A DNA stretch of 64,000 bases from Stylophora pistillata (lineage: Eukaryota): assembly GCF_002571385.2 (NCBI RefSeq), contig NW_019217838.1:435584-499583 (forward strand), given 5' to 3'. A program made the translations under genes and the position numbers. Below the pieces are notes generated by a model, which saw nothing but the letters and a program-made list of their open reading frames with translations, had not been told where the DNA came from and did not search any database. Below, piece by piece: positions 26,648-39,356 of this stretch. How positions within the stretch are numbered: position 1 is the first letter of the stretch; every line of letters starts with the position of its first letter.

Positions 26648-27544
26648 ATGGCTTGCTATGATCTGTCGCTAACATTCATCAGAGCTTTCACTGCGATATG
26701 CTGGACGTCTGGATTATTAGCCTTTGCAGAAAATCTTACAGTTATTTTAACTGTACGATACATTCGCTCACTGCGACCTACAGCCCGATATTTTATGGCA
26801 TCTCTCGCTGCAGCAGAACTTCTCTCGGGGATCACGGCTAATCTGTACTTTGTTCGAAATTATGCGAGAACCGAAGATGCCTTCTTAAAAATGGAGACTG
26901 CTGTATGGTTCTTCACTACAACATCTGTAACCTTCAGTTTGAGCAACGTTGCAGTGGATAGATTCGTCGCAATTACTTCGCCTTTACATTATCATGCTAA
27001 AATGACATTGAATCGGTGCATCATCATGATAATGCTTTCATGGTTTCTTGCTCTCATGGGTGTGTTTGCAGCTCTCCTTATTCCTATCAAACACTTAGTT
27101 AAGTTGTGGACGAGTGGAGGTATCATTTCTCTGTTCATACCATTTTGCATAATAGTTTTTTGCTATTACAAAATCTACAAAGTAACAAGAAATACATTTC
27201 CTGTGCATGAAAACGTCACAGATGCTCAACAAATGGCGGAAAACAGGCGACAAAGAAAGACAGCATGCACGTTTGGGATCATCACAGGATTATTTATTGT
27301 TCTCTTCATGCCGAGTTTTCTCATCAGCATGATCCCTGTGACCAACGAAGTTAATATCGTAAAAGCGAAATGCGACGGTTTCAGAAGAAAATTTTGGCTC
27401 GCTTTTTCTGATATCTCATACTTCAGTGCTGTTATTGATCCGTGGGTTTATGTTATTAGAATGCCAGACTTTAGAGGTGCTTTGAAAGAACTATTTCAAA
27501 GAATGTGTCGTGTTTTGTCTCTTCCTTTGAACGACAGTCAATAA
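26648..27544 (+). CDS. Class A (rhodopsin-like) GPCR, intronless CDS, 298 aa, cnidarian adenosine/melanocortin-like type
   Basis: Seven hydrophobic segments with TM1 EN, TM2 SLAAAE, TM3 DRF, TM5 FCYYKI, TM6 FxxLFMP and TM7 DPWVY, then helix 8 FRGALKELF. A probable splice acceptor lies just upstream (~26622). Confidence 0.93.
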   Translation: MACYDLSLTFIRAFTAICWTSGLLAFAENLTVILTVRYIRSLRPTARYFMASLAAAELLSGITANLYFVRNYARTEDAFLKMETAVWFFTTTSVTFSLSNVAVDRFVAITSPLHYHAKMTLNRCIIMIMLSWFLALMGVFAALLIPIKHLVKLWTSGGIISLFIPFCIIVFCYYKIYKVTRNTFPVHENVTDAQQMAENRRQRKTACTFGIITGLFIVLFMPSFLISMIPVTNEVNIVKAKCDGFRRKFWLAFSDISYFSAVIDPWVYVIRMPDFRGALKELFQRMCRVLSLPLNDSQ

Positions 27545-30464
27545 AACACTCACAAGAGACCCTTTGGGATGAAAAAGAAATAAAACGACCCTGGCTATTT
27601 TTTCTACTGAGTTGGTTTGAGGATGTGATTTGTTAAACGAATGGGTGATTTTTCTTCCTTCTTCAAGAACCAATCATTGCTTCTTGAAGAAGGTATAAGA
27701 CCACCTGTCGAATTAGATGAATCAGAAACAGTCTTTTAGTAGTGTTAGAAGAAGGTTATATGCTCCTGGTCTTGGAGAATATCGCTGACAAAATGTCATT
27801 TGCTTTGTAAAAATATAGAAGGGATGCCCACTGCCTGGAAAGTTAATGCTATTAAATCGTGCCCCTTATTGTAATGCGTTTCATATTATATCTTTACAGT
27901 GAATGGATGTATCCCACAACTAAAATGATGGCCAGGTTTTCTACAACAACTGAACCAAACATCCTGAAATACAGCAAGTAGACGTTAAGATGGTTATGAG
28001 TGTGACTGGTAGGTCATATCGCGTGCAAATCATGTTGGATACTAAACAAGAAAACGGTCCTTAAAAGTTGTGACTGACGACTGATTTTCTAATGTTCCAT
28101 ATGAGTTGAGTAAGAAATTGTAAATCCTGCGGAAATTGAAATCCATTAAAATAACTTGTCTTTTGACAGTTTCTTTTCTTAAACTACCAATAGGAACTAA
28201 GCAATTTTCTGCTACATTTGCTGTGGCTCACATTTAATTCAAAATCTTAGTTTCTGCAGCCGTTTGATACTTATATCAGGCTAAATGTGTCGGAAATAGC
28301 TAATAAAGTGGTTCTATTAAAAGTTCTCCCTGAATACAATTCAGTCAACGCACGCTATCAAACTGGAAGATCAATCATCGAAAGCTGTCTGAGACCTTGC
28401 TGTCATTTCAGTTATGTCTTGTGAGAAGAAACAGGGTTAGTAATTTTGATTGTTAGCAGGGTTTCAGGCTACCAGCAGACCTTTTTGATTTGCTCAGTTT
28501 TCATTTCACGGAGCACTTTCTTATGAGACTTGTCATCAGCATGTCATTGTGCTCTTAGGGTTAATGCACAGAGATCACCTGCTAAACTATTTACACTCAT
28601 GGTAGAAGCAAATGACAAACGACGTAGGACATGAGGCAAATTGAAAATACGCTATTAACTAGTTGGAAAACATGTACATTTCGATATCGCAGAAACAACT
28701 TTCACGAACCTAAAAATGGAATTCAAGGCATAGGGAAAAGGCGTTCCTCCCGTTTGGTTGCTTCCAACTCTCAATAATGAAAGAGTAATAAATTATAATG
28801 ATTTATACTTATGACTTTGTAAGAAAGCCGCAGAGGACAAAAATTGGCTCAACTCATAAAGTAGGGACCGAACGTAAGGAAGTCCCGACGTAATTACCGA
28901 GGGAAAAATATTGCGCGCCCGTCCAGCCCGACCTAACGCAATCAATAAGTAATTCATTTTATGACCGTCACCCTCTCTTTTGCTCCTTTAATCAAAAATA
29001 TATAACAAAACTAGAACAAAATTCTCAAACTTGATCAGTTATCACTAGCCCGATTTGAGAACTATAAAAGAGCAGTTCACGCGTCATGCTTGTGCAAATG
29101 GACAGAGAGCGTCATGAATGCGCGCTGTCGCGCGTTTCGCCGAATTAACTGTTGCTGTTGTTGTTGTTGTTTTTTTTTTCATATAAATCGTAAAACCGAT
29201 GTCTAGTTTCTTTCTCGAATTTTTTCAAAGTTCTGATTAACGGGTGACAGGTCTTGGTGTCGTCTAACTCTCTCTGTAATCATACTCCGGCATGATAAAC
29301 CAATCGGACTCGATTTTGTTACTGACCAAATTGGACTCCACTCGGTCCTATTGCCATTATTTATCTTTCAGCTTGCAGCTCGCAGCTCGCAGCTCAGGGC
29401 CGTATGGCTTTCTTCGGTCCTACTCGCGCCATGCGAGGATTTTAGTCTACCGTTTTTCGCCCGCACGCGCTTTTCGATGGGACCTTTTAAGCATTAGACC
29501 GCACCGGTATAATTCTTTATCCATTTCAAAGAATTGTCGAAGAAAAGTTTGCAGAACTAAAAAGAAACATTCATAAAGGAAAACTGTGAAAATATTCGTT
29601 TTTTAGGGGGGGAGAGGGGGTCCATGCACTAGCCGAGGTCCAAAATCGCGTGGGGTCTAAATCGGAGCACACCGGATGTTGGGAAAACACGAGAATACAG
29701 TATACCTACAGAGAGTGCAGTCTATTGCTTTCATCGAGTAAACTTAAAGAAAAATACAGTATAGAAAATGTTGTTGTTCGTGGTTTTAAAGATAAATGAA
29801 CAGTTAATCGTCTGTCTTATGATGGATAGACAAGCCGGCTATGAATTGTATCCACAGCTTGTATCAATAGCTTATCTCCACATTGTGAGGGAAACTATCA
29901 AAATTTCATTTACCAGGGGCTGATTGTCTAAACAAAGTTTAGCAGTTGTTTAACAAACTGCATCCTTGGAAATCCATACATAGCTCAACAGTTTGAGCTT
30001 AACATCTGTTTTTTGTGAACAGTTTCAAGGGGGCCGAAAGCTGACAGAGTGAGGACATTTATTTCATTGAATCAACCCTCTTTTAGAGAATGCATAAGGC
30101 CCACTGATTCTGTGGTTTGGGTCAGACCCCGTGTAAATAATTGGCCCAGTATGTTTCAGTTTTCTATTTCTTTTACAAGTGCATTAAACGATAGGTTTTG
30201 ATTAATCAGGGCGCCCGTAGTAACTCATTTATCGTAGAAATGATTTCTAAAAAGATAAGATTTGAAAAAAAAAATTGTGGCCAAATACAGAGTTGTCCCT
30301 GACCGAGTTGACTTTTAATGGAGGTATTGAGGACAATTATCAATAAATGTACAATATGCGTCCACGATCTGGATTTCAATTTTATTTTTACGCTTCATCA
30401 TCTTTCCTGATGTCTGAGTCTAACCGAAGTGAACAAGGTTTCTCCTCCCTACCGTTCTCCAAGA

Positions 30465-30882
30465 GTTGACGTAGACAGGTGAGAGGAGGGAGAGGGCATC
30501 ACTTGGTCAAAAGATATCATAGGACTCCCCCCCAGGGCTGGGGGGAACCGTTGATGTAGACAGGTGAGAGAGGGAGAGGGCATCCCTTGGTCAAAAGATA
30601 TCATAGGACTCCCCCCCCCCCGGGCTGGGGGTGAACCTTTGACGTAGACAGGTGAGAGGAGGGAGAGGGCATCCCTTGGTCAAAAGATATCATAGGACTC
30701 CCCCCCAGTCCTGGGGGGGAACCGTTTATGTAGACAGGTGAGAGGAAGGAGAGGGCATCCCTTGGTCAAAAGATATCATAGGACTCCCCCCAGGGCTGGG
30801 GGGGAATTGTCGACGTAGACAGGTGACGGCATCCCTTGGTCAAAAGATATCATAGGACTCCCCCCCAGGGCTGGGGGGGACC
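30465..30882. repeat. Minisatellite, 5 x ~85 bp unit containing a C-run/G-run hairpin
   Basis: Unit GTTGACGTAGACAGGTGAGAGGAGGGAGAGGGCATCCCTTGGTCAAAAGATATCATAGGACTCCCCCCCAGGGCTGGGGGGAACC; the fifth copy is internally deleted. Confidence 0.95.
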
Positions 30883-32350
30883 TGTGATCTCAAACATTGC
30901 TAGTGAAGTAGAGGGACCCCTTGAAGAAAGCTATTTACACAACATAGAATTGTAATGTGGATTTAACACCTTTCAAAAAAAGCAAGGAGTAAACAATTTA
31001 TAAATCTCAAGGTAGTCTAATGAGACATTGGCCAGTTGCAGAAAGTGAATCCCACTTGACCATAAACTCATGTTTAATTTACTCTGTAACTATTTTATTA
31101 CAGCTCATACCAGTATTTAACTCATTACTCTACTCACTGAACAAAATAATCTTAATACTGAAAGTGCACACTATTATGTTCATCACAGAGTAGCACTCTA
31201 AAAGACTCTCCTGATCAGCTTTGCTGACTGGTTTACAAAGGTGGATATTCCCTTAAATATTGGTTAAATACAATGTAAATGACACAGAATTCTTAAATTA
31301 ACTCTTTGAAAACTCATTCTCAGTCACATTTATTTGATCCATGTTCACATGGAATATTCAGTTATTTAAAAAATATGAGATTGTGTGATATCCCATGTAG
31401 TTAAATACAAAATAGTTTTGTTCACCAACTGCTGCAATGCAGAATTAAATATCATCAGTTAAAAGGGTATGATACCTGTAAGAAAAATTGCGAGTGAAGC
31501 GGTTTTCCAATAACTGACGTCGTTCACTGATGCCAAGATGTTTTTTTAAAAAAAAAAGGTAGATTATTGTATTACTCGGACAGTAATACAACAATTATTG
31601 AAGTGAGGTATGACAAAATAGGGCTTGCGACTTATCAAAAATGTATCCTCAAGTTGATCAAAGTTGACAGTTAATAAAATAACTACAAGGTGTAACTGCA
31701 TGCAGTTCATAACTTGACTGTTATGAAACTAGAACAATGTTATGAAACTAGAACAATAAATATTTTTACCAAATAGCTTATTATCAAGTTCTTATGATTC
31801 CTGTTGGGAAGAATTACAATGATTAATACTTTCCTTTTAAGACAAATTTTGTATTCTTGACCCCAACAAGAATATTCCAGAGGGAAAATAGAGTTGTCTT
31901 TGGTACAAGAAAACGCATACAGTGCAAACAAGGCTCGAATAAAGAGTAACACAGAATTGCTCAAAAAGATCACATCAAAGTTCTTATAAGGACTTAATAA
32001 TTTTCACCAACAAGCTAGAGTGGACAGTTAAAAATACTAAACAAAAACTAAGTTACTCAATGGGAATATGCTGAGAATTACATTGAATTATAGTGTTTCA
32101 CTTCTATAAATTGCACCATGCAATAATAACATTATCCAATGAAATTGAAATGTTGGACATATTTGTTATTGAGTATGTAAGTACCTGCTTTTTATTCCTT
32201 TATCATTTGTTATCAGAAAAAAAAAAATACTAAGGTTTTGGAAATCTGCATTGAGCAGAGGAGAAATTTAAAAACCAAACTATTGAACCAAAACGGAGAC
32301 CACTTCAAAAATCCCCCAAGCATTAATCACTTGTAAACCTGCCAGATTGT

Positions 32351-35300
32351 TTACAACAGTAGAGACACTAGCACACTCAAGCCCAAAAGGGCAAAAGAAA
32401 ACAGAGGATGACAACCTTTACAAGCCTTTGGAGGTTCATCTCCACTCCTGTCAGGTGTATGTGTGTTGTCATTTTTCCTAGGCCCTGGTGTGGTCTCAGT
32501 GCGAGTGAAGCTATCTTCACTGTACAAAGTTGACTTCCAGTTATCTCTTACTGCTTCTATCTTGCTTCTCAAGAGCCAGGTACTTTCAATGGTCTCTGTT
32601 TTATTTTCACCACAAATGTGGCACTGCCCCACCCATCCAGTGGCAGACAAACCATTATTCCATACCACAAAGAAAGAAAATGTGCTGCTTGAGCCACCAA
32701 GCTGTCCAATTCCAAACACCTTAGAATGGCTGTTACCTGCTGCACCTGTTTCTCTCTCAACAGCTGTGCGATATTCCCCTTCAATAACATTATCTTTTAA
32801 TCTCTGTTTAAGAATCATCTCAGAGCCCAGGACATTATACCACTTTCCATTCAAATTACAAGGTTTGTTTTTGACATCAGGGTCAAAACTATGGATTATT
32901 TTATCAATTTCTGTTTGTCCTTCTGTTTTTCCCTCATCTGGTTTCCGAGGACCATGAAGCTGCTCATATCTAGTGAATGTGTCTCGACCAATCATGGTTG
33001 ATTTCCACTTGTCTATACAGGTTTCGACAGTGGAACGCAGTAGCCATGATGTGAGGAGTGTCTCATGGCCATCTTCGCGGACAAAACATTGACCAGTCCA
33101 CACTGTTGTTGAGGTACCATTTCGCCAGACAACTGAAAAAGCAAAAGCTGCACTAGGGAAGTTATACGGTGCAGAACCTATGACAAGGAAAAGAAAATAT
33201 GAACCTTGTTTGCCATACACTGAAATTCCCTATAACAAAAAAGGGAATGGATTAAATAGTATTTTAGTACGAATAAGTATATTCAAAATGATTTAATAAA
33301 GTTTGTGATGTAATAAAGGTAGGTCAATGATACAGAATGTTAGGAGAACAACAGCTCAAGAGTTCTACCAATATCACAAGTGGTGGTTACAGTGTATTTC
33401 TACAGTAAATGAATAGAAAGTGTGGTACAATCAATTGCAAGTGCAATTGATATAAAACAAGTACAACTGTAAATTAAGCTAACTGAGTAATGAATACAAT
33501 GTAGAAATATTGTTCAAGAAAACAAAAGAAAAAAAATTACAAGATTAATTTGCAAAATAATTTCAAATGAGTATACCAGTAACTCTCTAAGATATTATTC
33601 TAACCTGGAACAGAATCTAAAATACACACTTTTAGGTGAGAGCCTCACTCAATAGGAGCAGGTACTTTCTTGTGGGGTGCCAATAAGCTACTGGCATTTG
33701 GAGGAATGATGTTTCTCAATAAATTTGAAAATCAGTGCTAATTAACCTCAATTGGTGCACTCTCATTTCAAAGAACTGAACTACCTTGGTATGTATAATG
33801 CATGTGTACTGTTTTCATTATTGATACCAAATTAAATAGCATAAACATAGACCTACAGGCAGTCTGCATGCATATGTTGTAGTTCAGTTTTATCCTTGGT
33901 TCAAATGTTATTTCCCTTTGTTCTCGGTCATGTTAATGTATGATAGTGAGAGTTTGAAACAAAGGAAAATAAAATTTGAACCAAGGATAAAATTGAACTA
34001 CAACACATACACCAACCAAATGCATCAAAAGTGAAGCAAGGTGTGTGTGAAGATAATGAGCAAAGTAAAAATTTTTAGAATAGCTTTAAAAAAAAAAGTT
34101 TTGCTTATGGGTTTTCACATACATCTATGTGTCACATGCATATTTTCACATGGTAATTTTTTTTTTTTACTTTTGGCATGTGACTTTACATGTAGATGAG
34201 GAGTGAATTGTTTGTGATGCATCACCAAGACAAACAAAGATCATTTCTATGTTAACGAATCACATGTTGTTAATAAATAACTAAATTGTTTGATTACTTT
34301 CAAGATAAAGCAAAGAACATGCAAGCATATCATAAAGAAATGATCTGCAATTTTTCTAGGAGTATCGAAATTAAAATCACAAGCCTCAATGCTGAAAAAA
34401 AAAAAAGCACTTAAATCTAGTATAAAACAAAAGTGCGATGCCCCATAACACCATTCACTGGCAATATTTCCTTACAACCCCTTACTACTCTAAAAAAAAA
34501 AGATGTAGTCCTAAAGGTAATCTACTGTTTTGTCAGAAATTGTATTTCTCTAGTCAAGCCCTGTATGCATAATGAAGTAGAAATTTTTAGAGAAGTCTTG
34601 CCCAGTCATATTTCGTCACAAATTCCTCCAATGGAAGCAGTCACAACTTGTCACTGATATTGCTTCTCAACATTTGAAACAAACATGCTTGGAGCATGTC
34701 TGTCATGCACGGATAAGGTCACAATTTGTCTCAACAAGAAGACAAGAAAGCCTCTTTGCATGAAAGTTAAATCAAAAAAGAAACATATAAGGTCATAAAA
34801 TTCTTATAATACAATACGTCAGCTGTCCCGTAGAGCCATCAACTTCACTCTTCTCGAGTACGACGAACGTCGCACAATCACGTGAAACGAACGTGGAATG
34901 CATTCTGTCTATCATGTGCGTGAATAACGACATTGTTTGACCAACTATTTTTTTTTTAAGAAGTAATGTCAAAGTTATATGTAAACAATCAACTTAAATT
35001 AATCCCTTGCCGAGAGTAAAGAACTATATTTTTAGAAATCTCCTGAGAAAGCAAACGCGATGTCGAAATATTGCGGGTATAAAACTCAACCTGACGTACA
35101 CATTCAAATTTCTCAATCAAAATGCGAGGGAATATTTTACCTAACACAATAGAGTGATTCACCCCAGAAGAGCCATTGCGCCTTTCCACTGCAGTTCTGT
35201 ACTCCCCATAAAGGATACCATCAGTGCCATGCTCTAAGAAAATTTCAGAACCCAGTTGATTGTACCACTTGCCATTCAGAGTGTTACACTTCTCTCCTTC

Positions 35301-35369
35301 TACGATGCACACAAAAGAAAAAACTGAAAAAGCAATATGAAGTAAACGAGAAGAGCTGCGGCTTTCCAT
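32351..35369 (-). CDS. Secreted tandem double avidin/streptavidin-domain protein with C-terminal GPI-like signal; exons 35369-35141 and 33177-32351; 351 aa
   Basis: A phase-1 GT-AG intron joins VLG|SAP. Signal peptide MESRSSSRLLHIAFSVFSFVCIVEG. Two copies of C-x(2-3)-LNGKWYNxLGS...GEYRTAV...VVW...WxGQC...WLLRS...WKST...DxFTR, the avidin family signature. Hydrophobic C-terminus LFSFALLGLSVLVSLLL*. Confidence 0.92.
33872..34009. mobile_element. Palindromic MITE in the avidin-gene intron
   Basis: GTTGTAGTTCAGTTTTATCCTTGGTTCAAAT...ATTTGAACCAAGGATAAAATTGAACTACAAC. Confidence 0.75.
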
Positions 35370-35708
35370 GGTTTGCAAGAGACGCTCAGCTGCGTGAATG
35401 GATGAGTAAGAGCACGTGGAACATTTAAATAAGGAGTTATTTTTGGTCACCAGGTTTACTCGTGTCAGCCCGTTACGCCTGACAGAATTTGAGACACATC
35501 ATAAGTTTATCAACAAAAATAGGGTTTAAATGAACTAGGTATAATATGACTAGGCTTGACCTCACATGGCGGTTTATTCTTTGCTACAAATAGGGATGCA
35601 TATCCTTGTTAATCAGGTCTGGTCTCGTCTGGTTATTGCCCCTTGACCCATCCACCATCTTGAATTTTCCGCGTAAAGCTTGCTGGGAAGTTTCGTCGTC
35701 GATTCAAC
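35370..35708. promoter_or_regulatory. Putative bidirectional promoter between the avidin-like gene and WDR83OS
   Basis: Divergent ATGs are 339 bp apart. A TATA-like TATTTAAA lies on the minus strand at ~35424-35431, upstream of the avidin ATG. Confidence 0.6.
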
Positions 35709-37187
35709 ATGCCGGCCGTTAGTGGTTCGTATTCTTCTACAAAAGAAGACCCTAGAAGGCCTAATAAGATCTTCCGTTACAAGCCAGTGACTATCAAGCC
35801 TACAGATGATCCAACAGCAGAGTATATGAACATTCTAGGGATGATATTCAGTATGTGTGGGCTTTTGATGAAGGTATGAATGATCACAATAACATTGGAT
35901 CTCTCTCATTCAGATATCTTCGTGCCCGCGTTGAAAGTCGCACGCATATCTCTAAGTTGTTAGATTTTTAAGGTACTCTAACCATGCTCTTGGAATAAAC
36001 GATGCACCGAAGACATATGTGAATTATGCAGTGCTTGTAAGACATGAGATCGCACATTTTATGCTGTTGCAGATGTCCTTTCATGGCTCTTCTTTGCTTT
36101 TTTGTTGACTCATGGTTTATTAATTAAGCCTTGGCAAATGCTAATTATTTCACTTGTAAAACTGGCTAGCTGGCTGAAGGTAGTATGAAAACACAACCGA
36201 TTTTCAAATGTCATCGATGAGGTACATTCTCAATCCTTAATAACCGCTCATGTATAAATACATTGTAGAGACACATCAAGTGTCTAAAACTACTAAAACT
36301 GACATCACGTATACTCACTATAATGAGTTTGACGGTAGTAAATAGTTACGATTCCCTTTTTTTTTTAATTATACTAGTTGACTTACAGTGCAGTTAGGCA
36401 AAATATCAGGATATCCATGAAATAAACCTGATTTTCACCAGGAATAAACAAATGAGATATTTTTTAAATTTGTATCAAGTTTATTGGGGGGCACCTTTGC
36501 CACACTTAGGTGCAGGATTGCAGAATATCAAAATATCAGATTAACGGTGAGATAATTTCTGAGATTTTGAGATTTTGATAGTATCATGATAACTACCAGG
36601 GTATATCAAAATACCAAATTAACAGTGAGATTTGAGATTTTGAAATGTTGATATTATGATATTGCTATTGATATTTTGATATTAGCATGATGTTCTGATA
36701 TTATCCCAATATATCAAAATATCAAGCCCTGTAACACTTAGTCACATCAAGGCCAACATTTGGTATTATGATACCGCTATCGATATCTTGACGTTATCAT
36801 GATTTTTCTGATATTATCATGATATATCAAAATATGAAGGCTTTCAACACTTAGTCACATCCAAGCCAACATTTGATATAATGATACCACTATTGATATT
36901 TTGATATTATCATGATATTCTGATATTGGGTCCTCTTTATTATTTTTCCACTAAATGGGTTTTAAAAACTAATTACAATCAATACTAAATCAAAACTTAT
37001 GAACTTTAAAATATGTCTCAATCCTAAAAGAAACTACCGAGAAATTCCTTTAAATGTCTCTTGAAGGTTGGCAAATTGACACATTCTCTTACTTCACATG
37101 GGAGAGAATTCCAGAAACTCATTGCACGGTATAAAAATGTCCTTTGCCCAGAAGCTGACTTATAAGCTGGGATATTCAAGTTATGCT

Positions 37188-37224
<37 letters not shown>

Positions 37225-39074
37225 TAATAATAATAATAAAAGATTTATACCGCGCCAGTATCCTACTGTTCAAAGGCGCCTACAAAAACTTTAACATTAA
37301 CACTTAAGACAGCTAATATTAATTATAAAAGGCTTTTCTAAAAAGAAAAGTTTTTAATCTACTTTTAAAAACAGACACAGACTGAGCATTTCTAATTTCA
37401 CTTGGCAAAGCATTCCATAATGATGGTGCTGCTACAGAGAAGGATCTTGCGCCATATGTTTTCAAGTTATAGGATGGAGAAACCAGAAGGTGCTTGGATG
37501 ATGAGCGTATCTGGTATTACAATCATAATATATCAAAATATCCAGCCTTTTGACACTTAGTCACATCTGGGCCAACATTTGATATTATGATATTGCTATT
37601 GATATTTTGATATTATCATGATATCTGGATATTATCATGATAATTCTACCCAAAACTCAAGTCCTTTGACACAGTCAAGCCATTTAGCAGTGGGAATATC
37701 AAAATATCATAACCTCTTATCAAAAATGATAATTTTTCTGTTGAACCAAGTTACATTTTGTGAGGAAATGGTTCAGGTACACCCAAGTGCTTGAAAAGAC
37801 TACCTGTTACAGAAGACTTAAGTATAAATATTGGGTAGCTAGCAGTATAACATTTGAATTATTACATTGAATTGTGTGCACCAATTGTAGTATAACACAG
37901 TCAACATTGTTTAATTTTACAGAAATCCATTTTCTTGAAGTTTAATCCTGTAATAATATTCTTCTGTTTAGTGTTGCCTAATCACTTTTTAATTATTCTA
38001 TATCATTTTTCATATCTTAATATAGGGAAATGTTGTTTAACCTTTGCAAATGCAAATTTTTTCTAAACGGCTGACAAACGGCTTGTAAACGGAAAGCCGT
38101 TAGTGTACATTTTTCCTTGAGAGGTCACATATATCATGATATTATCACTAAAAACTGGAAGAAATGTACATGTATGACAAAATTTTGATATATCAAAAGT
38201 GATATCAATGATATTCTGCAATATCGCACCTCACTCCTTTGCCAAGCACTTTAACAGGAACAAGTATATGAAATGTGTTTCCTTGTGTCTAATTTCTGCC
38301 CCATTTATATTCAATGTCTGCTGGTTTGAAAAATACTGGTAGTTATTTTTATTAATGCTGGAACAAGAAGAATAAAGGGGTTAGGGTTGCGACTGAATTT
38401 TTACTAATTTATTAAATTTTTACTAATGTATTAATTTTGTGCTTACTTCTCAGCTTAAATGGGCAGCATGGGCAGCTGTATACTGTTCATTTATTATGTT
38501 TTCCAACTCACGCTCATCAGAAGATACCAAGCAGATGTTTAGCAGTTTTTTGTGAGTAGTTGTAACTGTACAAAGAACATGGCAATTTATAGGAGGCAGT
38601 ATTAATATTTGCAAAATATTTGGACAAAGGCTATGGGTTTTTTACCTCCAAACATCATTTAACTTTCAAAGTGATCAATTTGTCAAGTTGTCATCTGTAC
38701 GGCACACACGCTGTATGATTTGTTTTTTAAATCACAAATAATCATGTTAGAAGTTGGAAGACTAAACCCTCAATTAGATCTTTAGTTTTCACAACTATCC
38801 TCTGTATTTTGAATTCTCATCCCTCATGTTTAGCTCAGACTCTGCAAACATGGAAAAAGTCTTATTTGGTCAACTGTTGCTTCATATATATACTGTGAAG
38901 TTTTTAAAGAGATTTTGGGGGGCCATCTTTGAAAGTGTAGAAAGAAGACTCAAAATTGTCAGATAATTGGACACTAAATGCATTCTTATGTTTAACTTTG
39001 TTTCCAGATTATCTGTATCAGCTGTTGTGATGTCATATCTACAAAATCCTCAACCAATGGCTTCAACATGGTAG
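35709..39074 (+). CDS. WDR83OS: PAT complex subunit Asterix; exons 35709-35873, 38454-38551, 39008-39074; 109 aa
   Basis: Not in the ORF track. The spliced translation [26 protein letters not shown]...[23 protein letters not shown]|[33 protein letters not shown]|[21 protein letters not shown] closely matches Asterix. Introns are canonical GT-AG; AATAAA at ~39670. Confidence 0.96.
36508..38231. mobile_element. ~1.7 kb TIR element with internal AT-rich GATATC-type tandem repeats, in WDR83OS intron 1
   Basis: The left end AGGTGCAGGATTGCAGAATATCA and the reverse complement of the right end AGGTGCGATATTGCAGAATATCA match at 20/23. Internal ~120 bp units (ACACTTAGTCACATC...GCCAACATTTG) occur at ~36735, 36848 and 37554. 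Confidence 0.65.
37190..37512 (-). mobile_element. 5'-truncated L2/CR1-group LINE 3' end with (ATT)n tail
   Basis: The minus strand encodes [62 protein letters not shown], a typical L2-clade ORF2 C-terminus, followed by a short 3' UTR and a trinucleotide tail. Confidence 0.85.
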
Positions 39075-39356
39075 CAGAGAAGTCATTTTTTTTTTTAACT
39101 CATCCAGTGGAGTTGACAGCCTGTGTTTTAGCCTCATCCAGATCAGGAATGACTTATTTGTCATATCTTAACAGCAAACCAAAGATATTTTAAAGCAAGT
39201 GTCACTTCAGAAAACATCTAAGTAATGATGTAATAGGACCCAAAGCATGTACATTTAATTCTTTGACTGGCCAAGAATGAAGGTCAGTTGATTTCAGGTC
39301 TGTGCACTGTAAACTTCTTGATGCAATCTATACCTTTTGTCCCTTAAGTTCCTCTG

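Noticed and set aside
30465-30882. CRISPR-like array
   Set aside because: No unique spacers, eukaryotic context and no cas genes; it is a tandem minisatellite.
32463-32957. 164-aa plus-strand ORF
   Set aside because: Antisense shadow of the avidin exon with no recognisable motif.
37098-37307. ORF with a poly-Ile pseudo-transmembrane segment
   Set aside because: Translation of the (AAT)n LINE tail.
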